A DNA stretch of 64,000 nt, taken from Azolla caroliniana. Lineage: Eukaryota; Plantae; Polypodiophyta. Both the position numbers and the translations under genes were made by a program. Under the pieces are notes generated by a model. That model saw only the letters and a program-made list of their open reading frames with translations, was not told the DNA's origin and did no database searches. The stretch spans positions 15,376,001-15,440,000 of the forward strand of contig JBHGNT010000013.1 in assembly GCA_043228905.1 (NCBI GenBank). The letters are read 5' to 3'. This document shows, in pieces, positions 24,771-38,610 of this stretch (its first letter is position 1; each line of letters starts with the position of its first letter).

Positions 24771-27700
24771 TTATGGAAATGACAAGATAATGTTTCTCTG
24801 ATTGATGTTCCATCCTGAAAGTACTAGAGTAGGATTAGAGCTTGCTTTCTCTGGATTTTCAAATGATACATCTATCTCCATTTTCTCTCCTGGTGTGAGA
24901 GAAAAGTAGTTTTCTGAATAATTTACTGGAAGAATGCGTATCTCCTGATCATCATCACCCCGGTAAATGACCGATAATTGCAGCCAGAAAGCTATAGGAA
25001 CACGCTTGGGGTTTTTTCTGACATTTTGTTTATCTTCATCTGGGAAAAGCTTTGACACTTCTTTTGATGTAAGACAAGGACAAATTCTTGACCATATGAA
25101 TGAAGAAGATATGACATCTTTATCTTTCTTGTAACAGCATTCCCCTTCTTTAGAGATACTTGTATTGCATAGCCCTGTCAATTTATTCTCAACAAGGACC
25201 TTTAATCGCCAATCTCTGCCTGTCAAACTGCTCTTCACCTCCATGTGAATTGCTGCTTTTTTGGACCTTAAACTTTCCAATAGTTTGTAATTTTCACCAC
25301 GAAGATGGAGCCAATAGAAGTTCCTAGACAAAGTTTTCCTTGAAGTATCTATAAGCTTGAGGAGAAGAAAATATACCGGTTGAGCATTCTTTAATGTTGG
25401 ATAGGTCATTTGGAAAGTAGTTTGAGTTTTCTTTGAAGTGACACAAATACCATGTTCAAGATGGTGATATTGAACATTACCATCCAAGTCCCATACACTC
25501 GCTTCCACACTCATACTTTCCAAGTTATGTGCCGTAGTGTTAACCACCTGAAATGCATATTTTTGAGCGAGGCAAGTTTGTTTGTAATAAACATAACATT
25601 AGTAATTGTGTGTAGTGATGTGCCACCATGCACACCATCAACACAGCTTATACTACTAAAACAGAAGGACTTGCCTCCACAAAGTAAGTGTTGAGATTCA
25701 ACTGAACATGTATAGGTTCACATGCTATGCGAACTCCGAAAAAACCACCTGTTTGATCATGTAGATGATCGTAAAGTTGGCCACGTAACCCTGTCCATGG
25801 ATTCTGGTTCTTCCAAATGAGAACCCCTGTATACTTCGTCCACATATGTGATGTCCACCCTTCCATTAGAGCACGATATTGCACATAGTTCACAAGCTGT
25901 GCCTGTAGAAGTGTTAAAACTAAATCTTAACAATGTTCAATTATTGCACATGCTCCGCTGAAGAAGGAAAAAACCCAATAGTACCTTTAGACAAAAGTCA
26001 TCGAGATTTGTAGGTTCTCCATATGATTCTATCTGATCATGGACCTTCCCAGGGTTTGAATAAGCCAAGAATTTATGGTATTTCCATGTAGGATTAGGTA
26101 CTTCAGCAATAAAACCATTTTCTTGCTTGACAAAGTCAGGTATTTTCCATGCTTCATGGGGCAAAGTTATCTTCATGGTAGCTGCTACGGGAACGCCAAC
26201 TGACCCAACTTCCGGGTTAAAACCATAGGAATAAAATGTCTCTTTGAAGAAATCTTCAGGATTTTGTATTCCATATGGTCCATCACTTAAATCCCCGTTT
26301 CCTTTGGCGAATCCATCCCAAAGGGAGCCTTCAATATAAATGCGACTTCCATCTAAGTAACAACTAGGATCTATTGATTTAGAATGTGAACCTAAATCTG
26401 TTATTTTGGGTGGAAACTGAAAATGTGGATGGAGCTGTAAGTAATCTTTCAGGGTTGCATTGAGATCATCTGCAGGATGTTGTTCATTACCCCCTACCCA
26501 TAAAGCTAAACTTGCAAAGTTGCGGAGAAGTTTGATTGTATCTCTAGCACACTCTAAGAAAAGGGGGTGATCCAGAGGCCAGTCAGGATTTGATGGCGGA
26601 TCGGTACCTCGCCCATTATTATCTCCAGTTATCCAGAACTCTTGCCATACCTGCAGTTGCAAAGACAATCATTCTTCATTCTTTCTGTTAACATTTGAAG
26701 CATTGAAGCAGAGAACTCTGAGAATGTAGAGGAACTAACCAATATACCCCGACGATCACAATTCTTATAGAATTCGGGTCTTTCTGTTATTCCACCAGCC
26801 CAGCAGCGAATCATGTTAAGATTCATGTCACCATGAAAATCAATGTCTGATTTGTATCTCTTTTCAGACAATCTGAGCAAACCATCTGAAACAATCCAGT
26901 TCCCACCACGGATAAAGACTGGTTCTCCATTCACTTTGAATAACCTGCCATGTAAGAGTGAACCATTTCCAGATATAGGTCACAACATCAAGAAGTTGCA
27001 CAAAGAATTACTAATGTAAGCAAGGGTATGAAATAATGGAAATTTAAATCTGTATCAAATGCTGACTACACCCATAGTACCTTCCACTTGTGGCTTTTAA
27101 CATTATTTTCAAGGCTTTCAACATACCTTCCACCTGTGGCTTTTGACATTATTTTCAAGGCTTCCATCATACCTTCCACCAGTGGCTTGATCAACGTGGC
27201 TCTCGATTTTCCGAAATCCAAAAAGATGTGTCCATGAATCAGATTCCCCAAAGTCCTCCACATCAATGATTATGTCAACTTTGTGTAACGTTTGTTGCCC
27301 CATACCATTAGGCCACCATAATTCAGGTCTGTAGAAGAAAATCTGTAGGAGAATGTTAACTATGTTCAGTTAAAGTAATGTATAATCATTGTGATGATGT
27401 GTTGAGCTACTAAGTTCAAAAATGAATGGGAAGTTTTTATTACTGGAGAGAATGTGAATGAAATAGTTTCTGCTCCAGGTACTATCAGATTCTGCTCATT
27501 TACTTGATTGGGAGACTTCTCAGACTCTTCTTGAACAATGAGCTTGATAGTGCATTGCTTTGGCTGGTCGCTTGCATTTGTAAGTTCCACAGTGGAGTGT
27601 AGATATACCCTCTCATAGGTCTCAAAGGTGCTCACCAAATGTGGATCAGATATCTTTACTGGCTATTGGCATGTGGAACAAAGTTAGACTCTATTTAGAA

Positions 27701-30700
27701 TTTTAATGAAGTTATCTATATTGAGAAATTCCAACTACTGTCGAATGAACTCACTCCAGTTGTTGTGATAGAAACTTCATCCCAAATTCCTGTATTCCTA
27801 TCCCTGAAAAAATTAGCTAAATGCATTTCAGAACACACATAACAGATGTATAAACCATTTAAAATGAAAACTTTAGTATACATCAATAGGACATCATTTG
27901 AATATGTGTCAACATGTATAAATGTATGTTGTGGGGATGTTTCCATAAATATATTGTAAATATGCATTTGCATAACAATTTTCATTTATTATTGTCTTGG
28001 AGAGTAGAGAGAATGCATGAAAGAAGGAAATAGACACCTTACAGGTACCATCCAGTCCCAGCCTTCTACATACTGTGTTGCCACATCCTTTGCAATCTGT
28101 GCCAGGTAGCTTTAAAACTTCACAACTACAAAAAACTGATGTATATTTTCTAATCATCTAATGCAAAAGATCACTGCAAATTTTTTTAAATTATAGTAGG
28201 ATCTTCAAATCGTAAGCTTACATGGCACATACATTAAGAATTGACGTTTGTACATATAATTACATCTTCACAACCTATTCTATGATTAATATCTAACTAT
28301 CTATTTATAAGAACAGATATGCTTGGGAGAGACTCCAATTTTCACATCAGAGCAAATTCTTATCGGCTAAGTTCTAGAGTGCAAAGTGTTCTGGGCCAAA
28401 CTATCGGATGCAAACTTATTTTAGTTTAATGGAATTATTGGTTGGGCTAAGTTCTTTTAAAAAGGATAATGACGAGCATAGATGAAGACCATCCTTGTAT
28501 GAGGCATCGAGTGACAATGAGCGGAGAGTAACAGACAGAAGGGAATGCACATTGATGTAACCAACTATTTCATATTTAATAGGTATTTCTCATATAGTGT
28601 TCATCTTGCAAACAGAACCTCCTCAGTCCTCATCCTTCATTTATGTATGAGGCATCGAGTGACAATGAGCGGCGAGTAACAGACAGAAGGGAATGCACAT
28701 TGATGTAACCAAATATTTCATATTTATTAGATATTTCTCATATAGAGTTCATTTTGCAAACGGAACCTCGTCAGTCTTCAGCCTTCATTTATAGTTAAGA
28801 TACAAGGCTCCACTCCACACCTCATTTTAAGTTTCAAAGATTCACACGTAAGCCTCAAGTTCCTAGGGTGTGGTTCACATGCACATCCTACTGTACCAGA
28901 GAGTAACAGAAGGAAATGCACATGGGTGTAAACAAATACTTCATGTGTATAAGATATTGCTTGTATAGTGTTCATCTAGCAAATGGGACTTCCTCAGTTC
29001 TCACCCTCTATTTAGAGGGAAGGCCCCACTCCACACTTCATTTAGATTTTCACAGATACTCATACACATATGTTTCAAGTTCCTAGGGTGTAGTTCATGT
29101 ACACATCCTACTCCTATACCTCAAAATACTAGCATAAAGTGATAACAATTTACATGAGATGTTGAAGAGTTTAGGAGCCTATATAACTATAAGTAACACA
29201 CAACTGAAAGCTCTGCTTACTTCATGGTCTCCTCCTTGCCCACCTTGAGGAGGAATTTGGCCAGGATGATCTGGTGGATGCACGCACACAGCCAGATAAT
29301 TGTGTCCATCTGGATTGATCCAATCGGTAACATCCAATATATGACGCAAAAACATGCCCTTTTGCAGCTGTTTTCGATGCCCATTTAGAAACACATCACC
29401 TTGGTAATTAATCCCTCTAAACTGAATCCAAGCATGTTCATTTGTTCCCTGAAATTCCCATAGCAATCATGTTTCTTAGTGAAAAAAATTCAGGAAATCA
29501 GAAACATGTTCTTTAATGGAAACTTGAGAGGTTGAAAAACAAAATCATTATTGATTTTTTGTGAGAGAAAAGCATGCTCCATTTATAATACTATTGACCT
29601 TTTATTTTGATTCCCAATAAACCTAATGATTTTCACAAAAAAGAGAAGCTTACCAGCAGTAAATCGAACTCTTTACAGAACCAAAAAGTGTAATACTCTC
29701 GTCCAGAATCCGCAATATCAATAATGTTTTCATTTTCCATTCCATAAAAGGGATCTGGGATTATGTTGTTTTTCAAAAGGGTTCCCAAAACTCTGCAAAC
29801 AAGCCATTGATATATGCAAAGCGCAATTTGATGCCTTGCCTCTATTTTGTATGTTATGATAAATTAAATTTTAGAAACCAATTAGAGAGAGAGAGGGAGA
29901 GACTCGCATTCAAGTTAGACCAGAACTATGAATATCATATCGATTGATTAGAGTACGAGTGTGAAAATATACTATTTGGAGTATCTTATTTTTCCAGAGG
30001 CAATGATAGCACACAATAAAATAGATGTGGTGAAGATTTCTGAAAGCTCTCCGCAATGTACACTTTGAATTGTGGACATTACTTGAAAATGTGTGGTACT
30101 GTTTGAAGAAATAAGAGGTAAGCAATGTCAGCTAGTGCCAATATAGCAGATAAAATTATGTGTGTCATGTGTCAGGAGAAAAGACATGAATTATCCACAA
30201 AGCGGCACTAGATTATGTTAGGGTTTTCTATTTCAGAGTATCCTGTTTTAGGGTATCATTGGGGTTTCATTTCTAGGGTTTTGTAGGTTGGAAGGTTTAA
30301 TCAGTGCCATTAAACAGAAAAACGTGTCTTTTCTGTGTTCGGGGTTCCATGTTTCTTTCTTTCGATGCATTGTACGTACCAATTTAACATACCCTACTTT
30401 ATCCGAGTGATTAAACAAAAATTTAAGGAGATGCATGCATATAATATCAATGTATCTATACGTCTATCAATGTGTACTACTTATATATCAATGTATCTAC
30501 AACAATAAGTCAATGTCTGTTGTATGGATATGTATGCCAATATATGTTAATGTATGTAGGTGATTATTTATGTAACATGGACAACACTAATAGGATTAGC
30601 AGAAAACTTTTAACGGAGTTAAATATATAGATAGATAGATAGATAGATATATATAGAGAGAGAGAGAGAAATGTAGGGTGCATACGTTCCTGGCACATCT

Positions 30701-30864
30701 GCTTGCATCCATGGGAGCTCCGCAGCAGCAGAGGACGGCGGGGGGTGCGTGGTGGTGAGTTGGATCCCGGAGCGGAAGGGCAAGTCACTCGCTCTGGCAG
30801 CTACCCATCCGGAATCGAGGATCATCATCGTAGTCTCCTCCCTTCCAGAAGCTGCCGCCACCAT
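24771..30864 (-). CDS. EBM: Mannosylglycoprotein endo-beta-mannosidase (GH2). Exons approx. 30864-30686, 29792-29654, 29448-29221, 28096-28038, 27803-27755, 27663-27444, 27342-27173, 26944-26740, 26650-25985, 25903-25675, 25547-24771
   Basis: Motifs [81 protein letters not shown] (acid/base), FNPEVGSVG and WKNQNPW match plant EBM. Confidence 0.96.
27078..27186 (-). repeat. 46-bp tandem repeat that copies the EBM exon 7 splice donor three times
   Basis: GCCAC(T/A)(G/A)GTGGAAG|GTA recurs with the donor GT at 27171-72, 27125-26 and 27079-80. Confidence 0.85.
28496..29110. repeat. ~148-bp tandem duplication plus diverged partial copies in EBM intron 3
   Basis: TGTATGAGGCATCGAGTGACAATGAGCGG...GGAATGCACATTGATGTAACC at ~28496 and ~28644. 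Related GAGAGTAACAGA...AAATGCACAT and AGTTCCTAGGGTGT pieces follow. Confidence 0.85.
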
Positions 30865-31263
30865 GGCGCTGCCTAGTCCAGGAACAGCGGAATGACGAGG
30901 CAGCTAATGCAGAGGTAAGAGTCTGATCGAGGACAAAGGATGGTGGCCATGGGGCATTCATGTGTGTGTGTGTGTGTGTGTGTGCTTCTTCTCTCTGCCC
31001 CTTTTTTTCCTCCAACTGAAAAAACGGCTGCCCTGCTTCTCATTCGCCCAACAGACAAGACAGACAGAGAGACATCCCTTTCCTTTTCCTTTTCCTTTAG
31101 TACACTGAAAAAGAAACTGAATATCTGGAGCAGAGTGAATAAGACTCAACAAGAGTAAAGTAAAGCCAAAAAGAAAAAAAACAGAACTGAAAAAGAAAGA
31201 GAAGGAAAAGAAGAAAAGAGAACCCTAAACCCTCATCTTCTCTTATTGCTTGGATATTACTCA

Positions 31264-31299
<36 letters not shown>

Positions 31300-33457
31300 C
31301 GGGTTTGATGGGCCCCCGCGATCCCGAACCCCGAGACCTGACCTTGCCTTCCATGCTTCTCTTCTCTCCCTTCTGCTCATAGATAGATCACCAATTAGTC
31401 TCCCGAGAACTCTTTTTAAGAAGATATCTATATCTATCTATCTGCTCGGCTTGAAACACGAGAACTCCCTCTACCTTTCATCGTCATTCCTCTCTTTTTT
31501 AACCATAAACGTATTATCTTTGGGGGGGGGGGGGGGGGGGGGGGCATGCCTGCTTGGTGTTGATTCGCTGAGTTTTGGAAATTAGAGTCTCTTCACAGAA
31601 CCTGCTCTCATCCATTCTCATCCCTTTTGCCCCCTTGGTTGTTGCCATCCATCCATCTTTCAATCGAACTTCGGCCCCTGTTGCTTGAGGAGAAAGATGG
31701 AAAATGGGGCTCTCTCTTTTTTTTTTGCAGATCTCCACCTCCTTCGGCTCAATGAGAAAGATGGAAATGCGCCTTGTCCCACAATTTGCTCAATAGAAAA
31801 GCTCTATATGGTTCAGGTAGACATGCATTCCGTTGGCCCAGTAACCACCCCCAACGAAAATGTACAATTTTTTTAACTCACATGACAACAGTAAAAAAAT
31901 CTTGACAAAACTTTTTGAGATTGGTGAAGTTCTAAAATTCATATGGTTTATTTTAAATTGTACGAAATTAGAATAAGATGTTTATTTTATCTTTTTGTGT
32001 CTTTATTGGCATAGTGCAAAGCAAGGCAAAATAAAACGATGAATATGCCACATGGCCAAACAAGTAGAGAGAGGGGTTCAAAGAATAAAATATTAAAAGA
32101 GTTATGAGTAAATTGTTTAAAAGACCACATCACTTTCTTGGATTGTTGGTCCAATCGCTCATTTTTTGAATACTCAGGTCTAGAATAAATGAGTTTCTAC
32201 ATGGACCCTACACCTCATAGACATCCTTCAAATGTGCGCCCTTTAGTAACTTTTATACAATAAATGATTGATCAGTAACAATTATCCCATCCTTCAACAT
32301 AAAATACTTATGAACTTTTGCTTGAACAAATTAAATTAGTCATGAGACCTTTTTAAGTGTATTTAATTCTCGTATTTTATACACTGTCATTTCACATCCA
32401 TGAGATGGCCAACAATATGGCGCACATTTGGGGCACGGATTTTCTTGACGAACTGGAATAGACAATGGAGAGTGGGGGCTAAATGGGAAATGAAAGCTCG
32501 ACAATGGTGAAGATAACTTCATATCTTATGATTTTGTCCAATATTGAATGGTATACATCAAGCTTCATAATCGCATTCAAGGTTGACGGTTGTAGTGCTA
32601 GAGACAACATATTTGCTTTCAAAGGTATCTTCATAGCAACAATTTTAGCTTTTTTGTTCTTTGGTTGTGGGAGCAACAATATGAAGAAGAGCATATTTGT
32701 AGTTAGTGATGTCTTGGTCCCACTTGGACACAAGACAACGAACCTCATTGGTCATGTCCACCATCAACTCAAGCTACAACTACTAAATATTTTCTTGCAT
32801 ATCATCAACCATGACATAAGACTACTTTTCTTGTTATAGTTGTAGTTGAGTTTCAGAGTCACCCCAAGGTAATTGAAGCTTGATTGCATATGTACTTATT
32901 CCTCCAAGAAAGCTTTTGTGATTCCTTGTAGTTGTCGGCCACGTGGATCCGGATGTTTAATATATTAAATCAATTCTTGATAGACTTTTGTAGGGTGGCG
33001 ACTCGTGTGTTTGCAAACCATTTACAAAATTTATTGTGGTTACTCAAATTTTGCTACTAGTAATTGTTCTTATAGGAGCAATTGCTCATTCATCCAATTG
33101 TCCAACCATTTGATGCAAGCTATGATGCCTTCAAATAAGTATCACATTCTTATTGTGGTCTAGAGGCATTGGGGTGCCTAACCTTTCGTTGTTCAAGGTA
33201 CATTGGTGGTGGCTCTGAATTTTTGTTATATATTTGCAATAGATTCCGCTTTCCATGCCTCTGGAACATCATAACATTGGATAGGTACTTAAGGAACAAG
33301 CCTAGAGCCAAGGAAAAGGGGGCAACATATGGATATACTTTAACACCACAAGAGACCAATTACGATCTATGAGACGAGGCTTGGCCCATGGCAAGGATCG
33401 AACTTGTGTTCTCTCAATCTTATGACTTGAGTAGTCATTCTCCTCTCTTTTTATTGA

Positions 33458-33715
33458 AATTAGCTTACCTTAGTGGTAAGTCGTATGTTTTGGGTTCAAA
33501 CCTAATTTCCTCACCTCTTTATTAAATACTTTATGCATATCTCGTAATTCACTAGATGCCACTGTGGAATGTAGGGGTTGAACCCATGACCTCCTGGTCC
33601 AATAAGGCCTCTCTCTCTCTTGTAATTAGCTTACCATAGTGGTAAGTTGTCCTGGTCCAATAAGGGCTTAGATATCTTGGGTTCGAAACCTAATTTTCTC
33701 ATCTCTCAATTAGAT
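33458..33715 (-). mobile_element. SINE-like copies (same family as 10458-10760), one longer and one partial
   Basis: Reverse complement reads GGAGGTCATGGGTTCAACCCCTACATTCCACAGTGGCATCTAGTGAATTACGAGATAT...CTTACCACTAAGGTAAGCTAAT. A second tail fragment sits at 33621-33715. Confidence 0.75.
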
Positions 33716-33984
33716 ATGATTGAGAATCAAACTCAACTTCCCTTAGAGATAGTGTTCACACTAACCAATGGACATCACACTAGGCTAGTTTTATAATTAG
33801 TGAAAAGGGCACTTGCCCTAGATTAGTTGGTATTTAAACTAACTCTCTGTAAACCTAGTTACTATTGGATGTAATTTATCTTTTTGCTAATATACAACTT
33901 CTTGTTCAAGCTCTCTGCCTGTCTTACGTACACGCACACACAGTTCACTTCGGTTGCATGACATCACCTACATCTCTCGTTTCT

Positions 33985-34100
33985 TTACAAATACTTTACG
34001 CATATCTCTTAATTCACGAGATACACTCTGGAATGTAGGGGTTGAACCCATGACATCCTTGTCTCTATTGTACAACCTTACCAACTAAGCTACATTCATT
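33985..34100 (-). mobile_element. SINE-like copy with an intact tRNA-like head
   Basis: Reverse complement reads GAATGTAGCTTAGTTGGTAAG (A box)...GGGTTCAACCCC (B box) TACATTCCA. GAATGTAG/CTACATTC form an 8-bp acceptor-like stem. Confidence 0.75.
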
Positions 34101-34229
34101 CTCTCTCTCTCTCTTCGTAAATAATAGCTTTCATTACGAAACAAAAAACATCACCATGACTAACTTACTACGAAGTATAGAACCCTTTTATCTAGGGATC
34201 TAAAGACTACTACGACTCCCAACTCAATG

Positions 34230-34660
34230 TCACCCTACACGCCAATTCAAATGGTGAATATGATTATATGTGACCTTGTAGAGTTCTCTATCTTCATGGT
34301 TGAGATTTCGTGACTTCTCTAGCACTCGTGACTGCTCTAGCATTGTCAATTGCCACAAAAGAAGTCCTTTTAAGTTTAGAACATATGTTCTCACCGCAAC
34401 TTGCGAATCGAAAGTGAAGGCACTCCACATATTCCAATTGAACCATAGCGCCCAATACCTCAAGAGGTCAAAAATAATTTGGAAATGTGGCATTGGTTCA
34501 TTTTTCTCCATATGTGCAAAAACCTAACTGAAGGAAGATAGGCTTACTCTAGTTAGACACATCCACACTGAACTGATACATGTCCAAACCATCATTGCCA
34601 TTGGGCATGAAAGCAATTGATGCCTACTATGTTCCAATTCCACCAAACAAAAGAAACACG
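34230..34660 (-). mobile_element. 5'-truncated L1-type LINE fragment (zf-RVT / C-terminal region)
   Basis: Minus strand reads CFFCLVELEHSRHQLLSCPMAMMVW...LLRYWALWFNWNMWSAFTFD, which is homologous to the 10000-10250 part of the other LINE fragment. Confidence 0.75.
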
Positions 34661-37600
34661 ATCCGTTAGTACTGTTTTTTTTTTTTTAATGCATCCCCCG
34701 ATGGTAAAGCTCCAACCACAACTCTATGTTGAGAGATCAAGCTCAACTTAGTTTAGTTAGTTAGTCAACCATGTAACTTCGTAGTTACCTAGATGGAATC
34801 TAGTCAGAAGTGTTGACTATAACGTCTTAAATAAGACCTTGTACTTAAGTGAGATATTGTAGATCCTCCACTCCCAAGGTAATTTAATATAGGACTTACA
34901 CGATTGTACCTATATTCTACTCACACATGTGCACCTTTGCACATGAGATGTATATATACCTCATTATGGGTATTTTTGTATTTGATGATGCTAATTTAAT
35001 ATAGAGTTAATCATCCCCCATCTCGTGTTGTTCATAAGTGTAACTTCCTCTCTCTCTTCCTCTCACAAATATACACACACATATCACTTAATCTTTCGCT
35101 TAGCTTAATCACATAATGAGGTACTAATTAACCCTTGCTTAATTACTTAATTCTTAACACTCTCCATATAAATACCTTAGGTCGTAGCATCAATTGAGAA
35201 CACCAACCTGCCTTGATCACATGAAACCACCAAGTAATGGTCTTACAAAAACCCTATATCTTTATAACCCTTTCTTCCAACCACTTATGTTTGTTAATCA
35301 ACTTGTGATAAGCAACATTTATTGAGATCATAGTCAATATCTTATTTCCAACAAACCTCCAATCAAGCTCTTTAGATCACCCATCTAAATCAGGAATTGG
35401 CTCATACAAAGATAATATTTCTTACAACTTATCCCAAATAAAGTTATAACCTTTTGGAATACAGAATGTTGACATTGTTGTTCGAAAGACCATTAATATT
35501 CTCTCTTTCTCTCTCTCCACCTTAATTAAGCTTGATTTCTATCTTAATTATTTGAGGTTGGCCCCCTTGTATTAAGTGTGGTTGGCTTTAATTAGTAGAT
35601 AAGTCTATTTTGAGGTAATGGTTTTTTATGTCTTCGCTAATTAATTAGTATGAGAACATAGGTTATATATTTCCCGAAGTAAGGTGTTAGAGTTAGTGTG
35701 AGACGAGGGTTTGCCGAGTAATTGTTATTCTCTTTGTCAATGCATTAGAAAGTGTTTGAAGCACTCTCTCACATGTCCTGTCAACACCATGGTTTACCCT
35801 ACTTGAACCTCAATGTAATAAACCAATGAGGAATCTCTTGTTGAAGGTTAAGTAGGTGGTTTCTCAACAAACTTAACTCTCTAACAATATCTGTGTGCTT
35901 CTTGCAAATCTCCTTGTTTTATCATTGTAGATGTCCCAATCCTTCCTCTTTGAGCTCCATGACATAAACGACTAGGGACAACAATACCTCCTTGCTAGCT
36001 TTTAGTTCCCATTCTATAATGATTGCCCAACCTTGATACTATGTGAATTGTGCTCTTAATCCCCCCTCCTTTTTGTCTTTGCCATTTGATAGTCTCATTG
36101 GCTATGATGGAGAGGTTGTTCTAGCTTCTCCACTTGTAGTTTGATTGACCAAGTGTTGCATCCTTGAACATGATCTATGATTTGGTAGTTGTGAGCAATA
36201 GAAGAGGGTAGCATTTGCATTAACAAGACATTGTTCTCAATTCCGATATGATATAGAGAGATAGATAAACGAATAGATTTTATTATCATCCTTGGAGGTC
36301 AAAGGTGACCTATGGAACCAAAAGTGATTCATTTAAACATAGTATGTGTGGATTTGATTAGTGACTCTCAATGCTCAATATGTTTTTTGGTAAAAACTAT
36401 GATCAAGAGTGCACATTGTGGTTGTGAGAGGAGTGTCTGGATGCATTAGACTAGTTGTCAATGCGTGGAAAGAAAACTCAAAGGTGGTTGAACAAAATGT
36501 GCTATATCGAAGTGTAATACTCAACCACCCACTTTTTAAGGACAAAATATGCATACTTGCTCAATCTCCTTACTTGTGCCCTAACACCCATTCTATCTCA
36601 TGCAAGTAATTAAGTTGTAGAGTGAGTTTAGAGTTTGCCGTGGTAGTTAGTAAGAATCACAATGCTTGCCTAACCAATAACCACTATTAGCCTAGCTTTG
36701 GGGAAGGTATCAGAGTAGTTGGTTGAAATAAAGTGAATTGGCCAACTCTGTACCAGGGACTCGGGAGTAAGGCGTTTTAGAATAGATTGAGTGATCTAGT
36801 GGGTAGAAGTTTCTAGCGGAACATGATATCTTTTTGTAAGGTGCCCTATCTGAAGCCTATGCACTACATAGATGAATATTATATAGTGGCAAACCCCAAT
36901 ATTTATGAATATAAAAAGGGATAGATGTCTACTTGTGCATGTGAGACTCGAGAGGGAGGCAATATCATCTTATTACATAGATAGGGACTACTTAAAGATG
37001 AGGCCAATATTTCAATATTTATGGATATACAAAGGGAGGCATGGTCCATTATGTACACATATACATATGTATACAATATATGTATATGTATATGTGTGTG
37101 TGTGTGTGTAATAATGCATGTGTGTATGTACGCACACACATACATACATACATATAAAAGGATAAATGAAGATGGTTTCATAGTTGTGTGCAACACACGG
37201 AATATAATGCGTAAAATGCGAGTGTCCAAATTTCTTCTAGGCCATGATATATTGGCATTGCAAAAAAGAACTCATTCAAGAAGGAAGCAAGTGTACTGCA
37301 TCCCGTATTTCAAATCATTTCGTCATATCTTACTTTGATATAGAACACAATGTTTGGCTTTACTTCGAATTTGAAAATTCGAGTAGCCAATGTGCTTTAA
37401 TTTGTTTATTATTTTATTCTAAAGCATGTACTCAATAACTATAATGTCAATGGGAAGATTTTAAATCTCAATAACTATGTGTGTGTATGTCATTTGTATC
37501 TTGATTCGAAGAAACTTCATGAGCAAACACATTTGGATATTTCCAACCTATTTCGACACGGACTTAAAGATGTTACCACACCATACATAAACATCAATGT

Positions 37601-38387
37601 CCAATGTCCGAGAGATATTTATTGAAAATCGAACATTTGATTTCTCCTTCATCGCATATGTTCTCAAATCCATAGAAATTCCTCAATCCCACCTTTAAGT
37701 GGGTGAATAGAATTTGAGGGAGCCTTGATTCCAACTGTTTCAAGTGGCTCATTGTTGTACACAATGCATGGGTTCAAACCTACCTTCAACGGGTTGGCAA
37801 AAATATGACATAACACTATGGTTTGTGATTGGAATAAGTATGTCCACTGTAAGCATGGGTTCAAACCCCAAGGGCAACTTGCGACATATAAGGTTTAGAT
37901 CCAACCCCAATAAATGGACACTGAAATGTGTAGTATCGTAGGGTGGGCCTCCGCACATAAAGAGTGTGGCGAATGACATACTTTTAGTCAAATATGTAGG
38001 TATGTATGAGAGAGACAAAAAAGGAGAAAGAGAAAGAGAGTCATTTAAGATAGGAGATATATGTTCATTCTTAATGGCATAACAGTATGCAAAAAGCCGT
38101 GTGATACACACATGCATTTTCGAGGTTCAAGATTATGTGCATGTATTCATTCACACACACGGCCACACAGATCGGATGCTTCGGGACACTGTTTTGGGCG
38201 GTCACCATCACAAATAAATGTCTGGCGTACTAAAAAGCAATGCCCCCTCCCCAAACCCTGTTTTTCTAGAACAATTCAGCATATTGAGATCTCGAACTTG
38301 GGACAAAAAAAAAAGAATCGCTCTTAGCAGAGTTGAAATATGCTTTACTTTTTAGCATACAATATATCCGTGTACAATAATACGAGA

Positions 38388-38610
38388 CGCTATACGTATT
38401 TCTAAAAGTATTCTACCTTCTTCTTCTTCTTCTTTGTAAAGAGAATATTTATGTACTTAATATATGTATGTATTCTACCTTCTTCTTGGTAAAGAGAATA
38501 TGTATGTATTCTACGGTTTCTGCTTTCTTCTTCTTCTTTGTAAAGAGAATAATGTCAGCCGCTATACGTATTTCAATAAATATTCTACCTTCTTCTTCTT
38601 TGTAAAGAAA
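38388..38610. repeat. Degenerate tandem repeat upstream of the DUF569 gene
   Basis: TATTCTACCTTCTTCTT...TGTAAAGAGAATA recurs about four times, and CGCTATACGTATTTC twice. Confidence 0.75.

Noticed and set aside
32340-33140. Cys-containing (CPKC-like) and coiled-coil-like minus-strand fragments
   Set aside because: Interrupted by many stops with no recognisable family. Probably a decayed TE or gene fragment that I cannot call.
34029-34097. Possible tRNA gene
   Set aside because: No convincing anticodon arm. It is joined to a shared non-tRNA body found in several diverged copies, so it is treated as a SINE head.
34780-36900. Scattered retroelement-like hints (GLTK.L, RL...NHP)
   Set aside because: Motifs are too short and degenerate to assign class or boundaries by eye.
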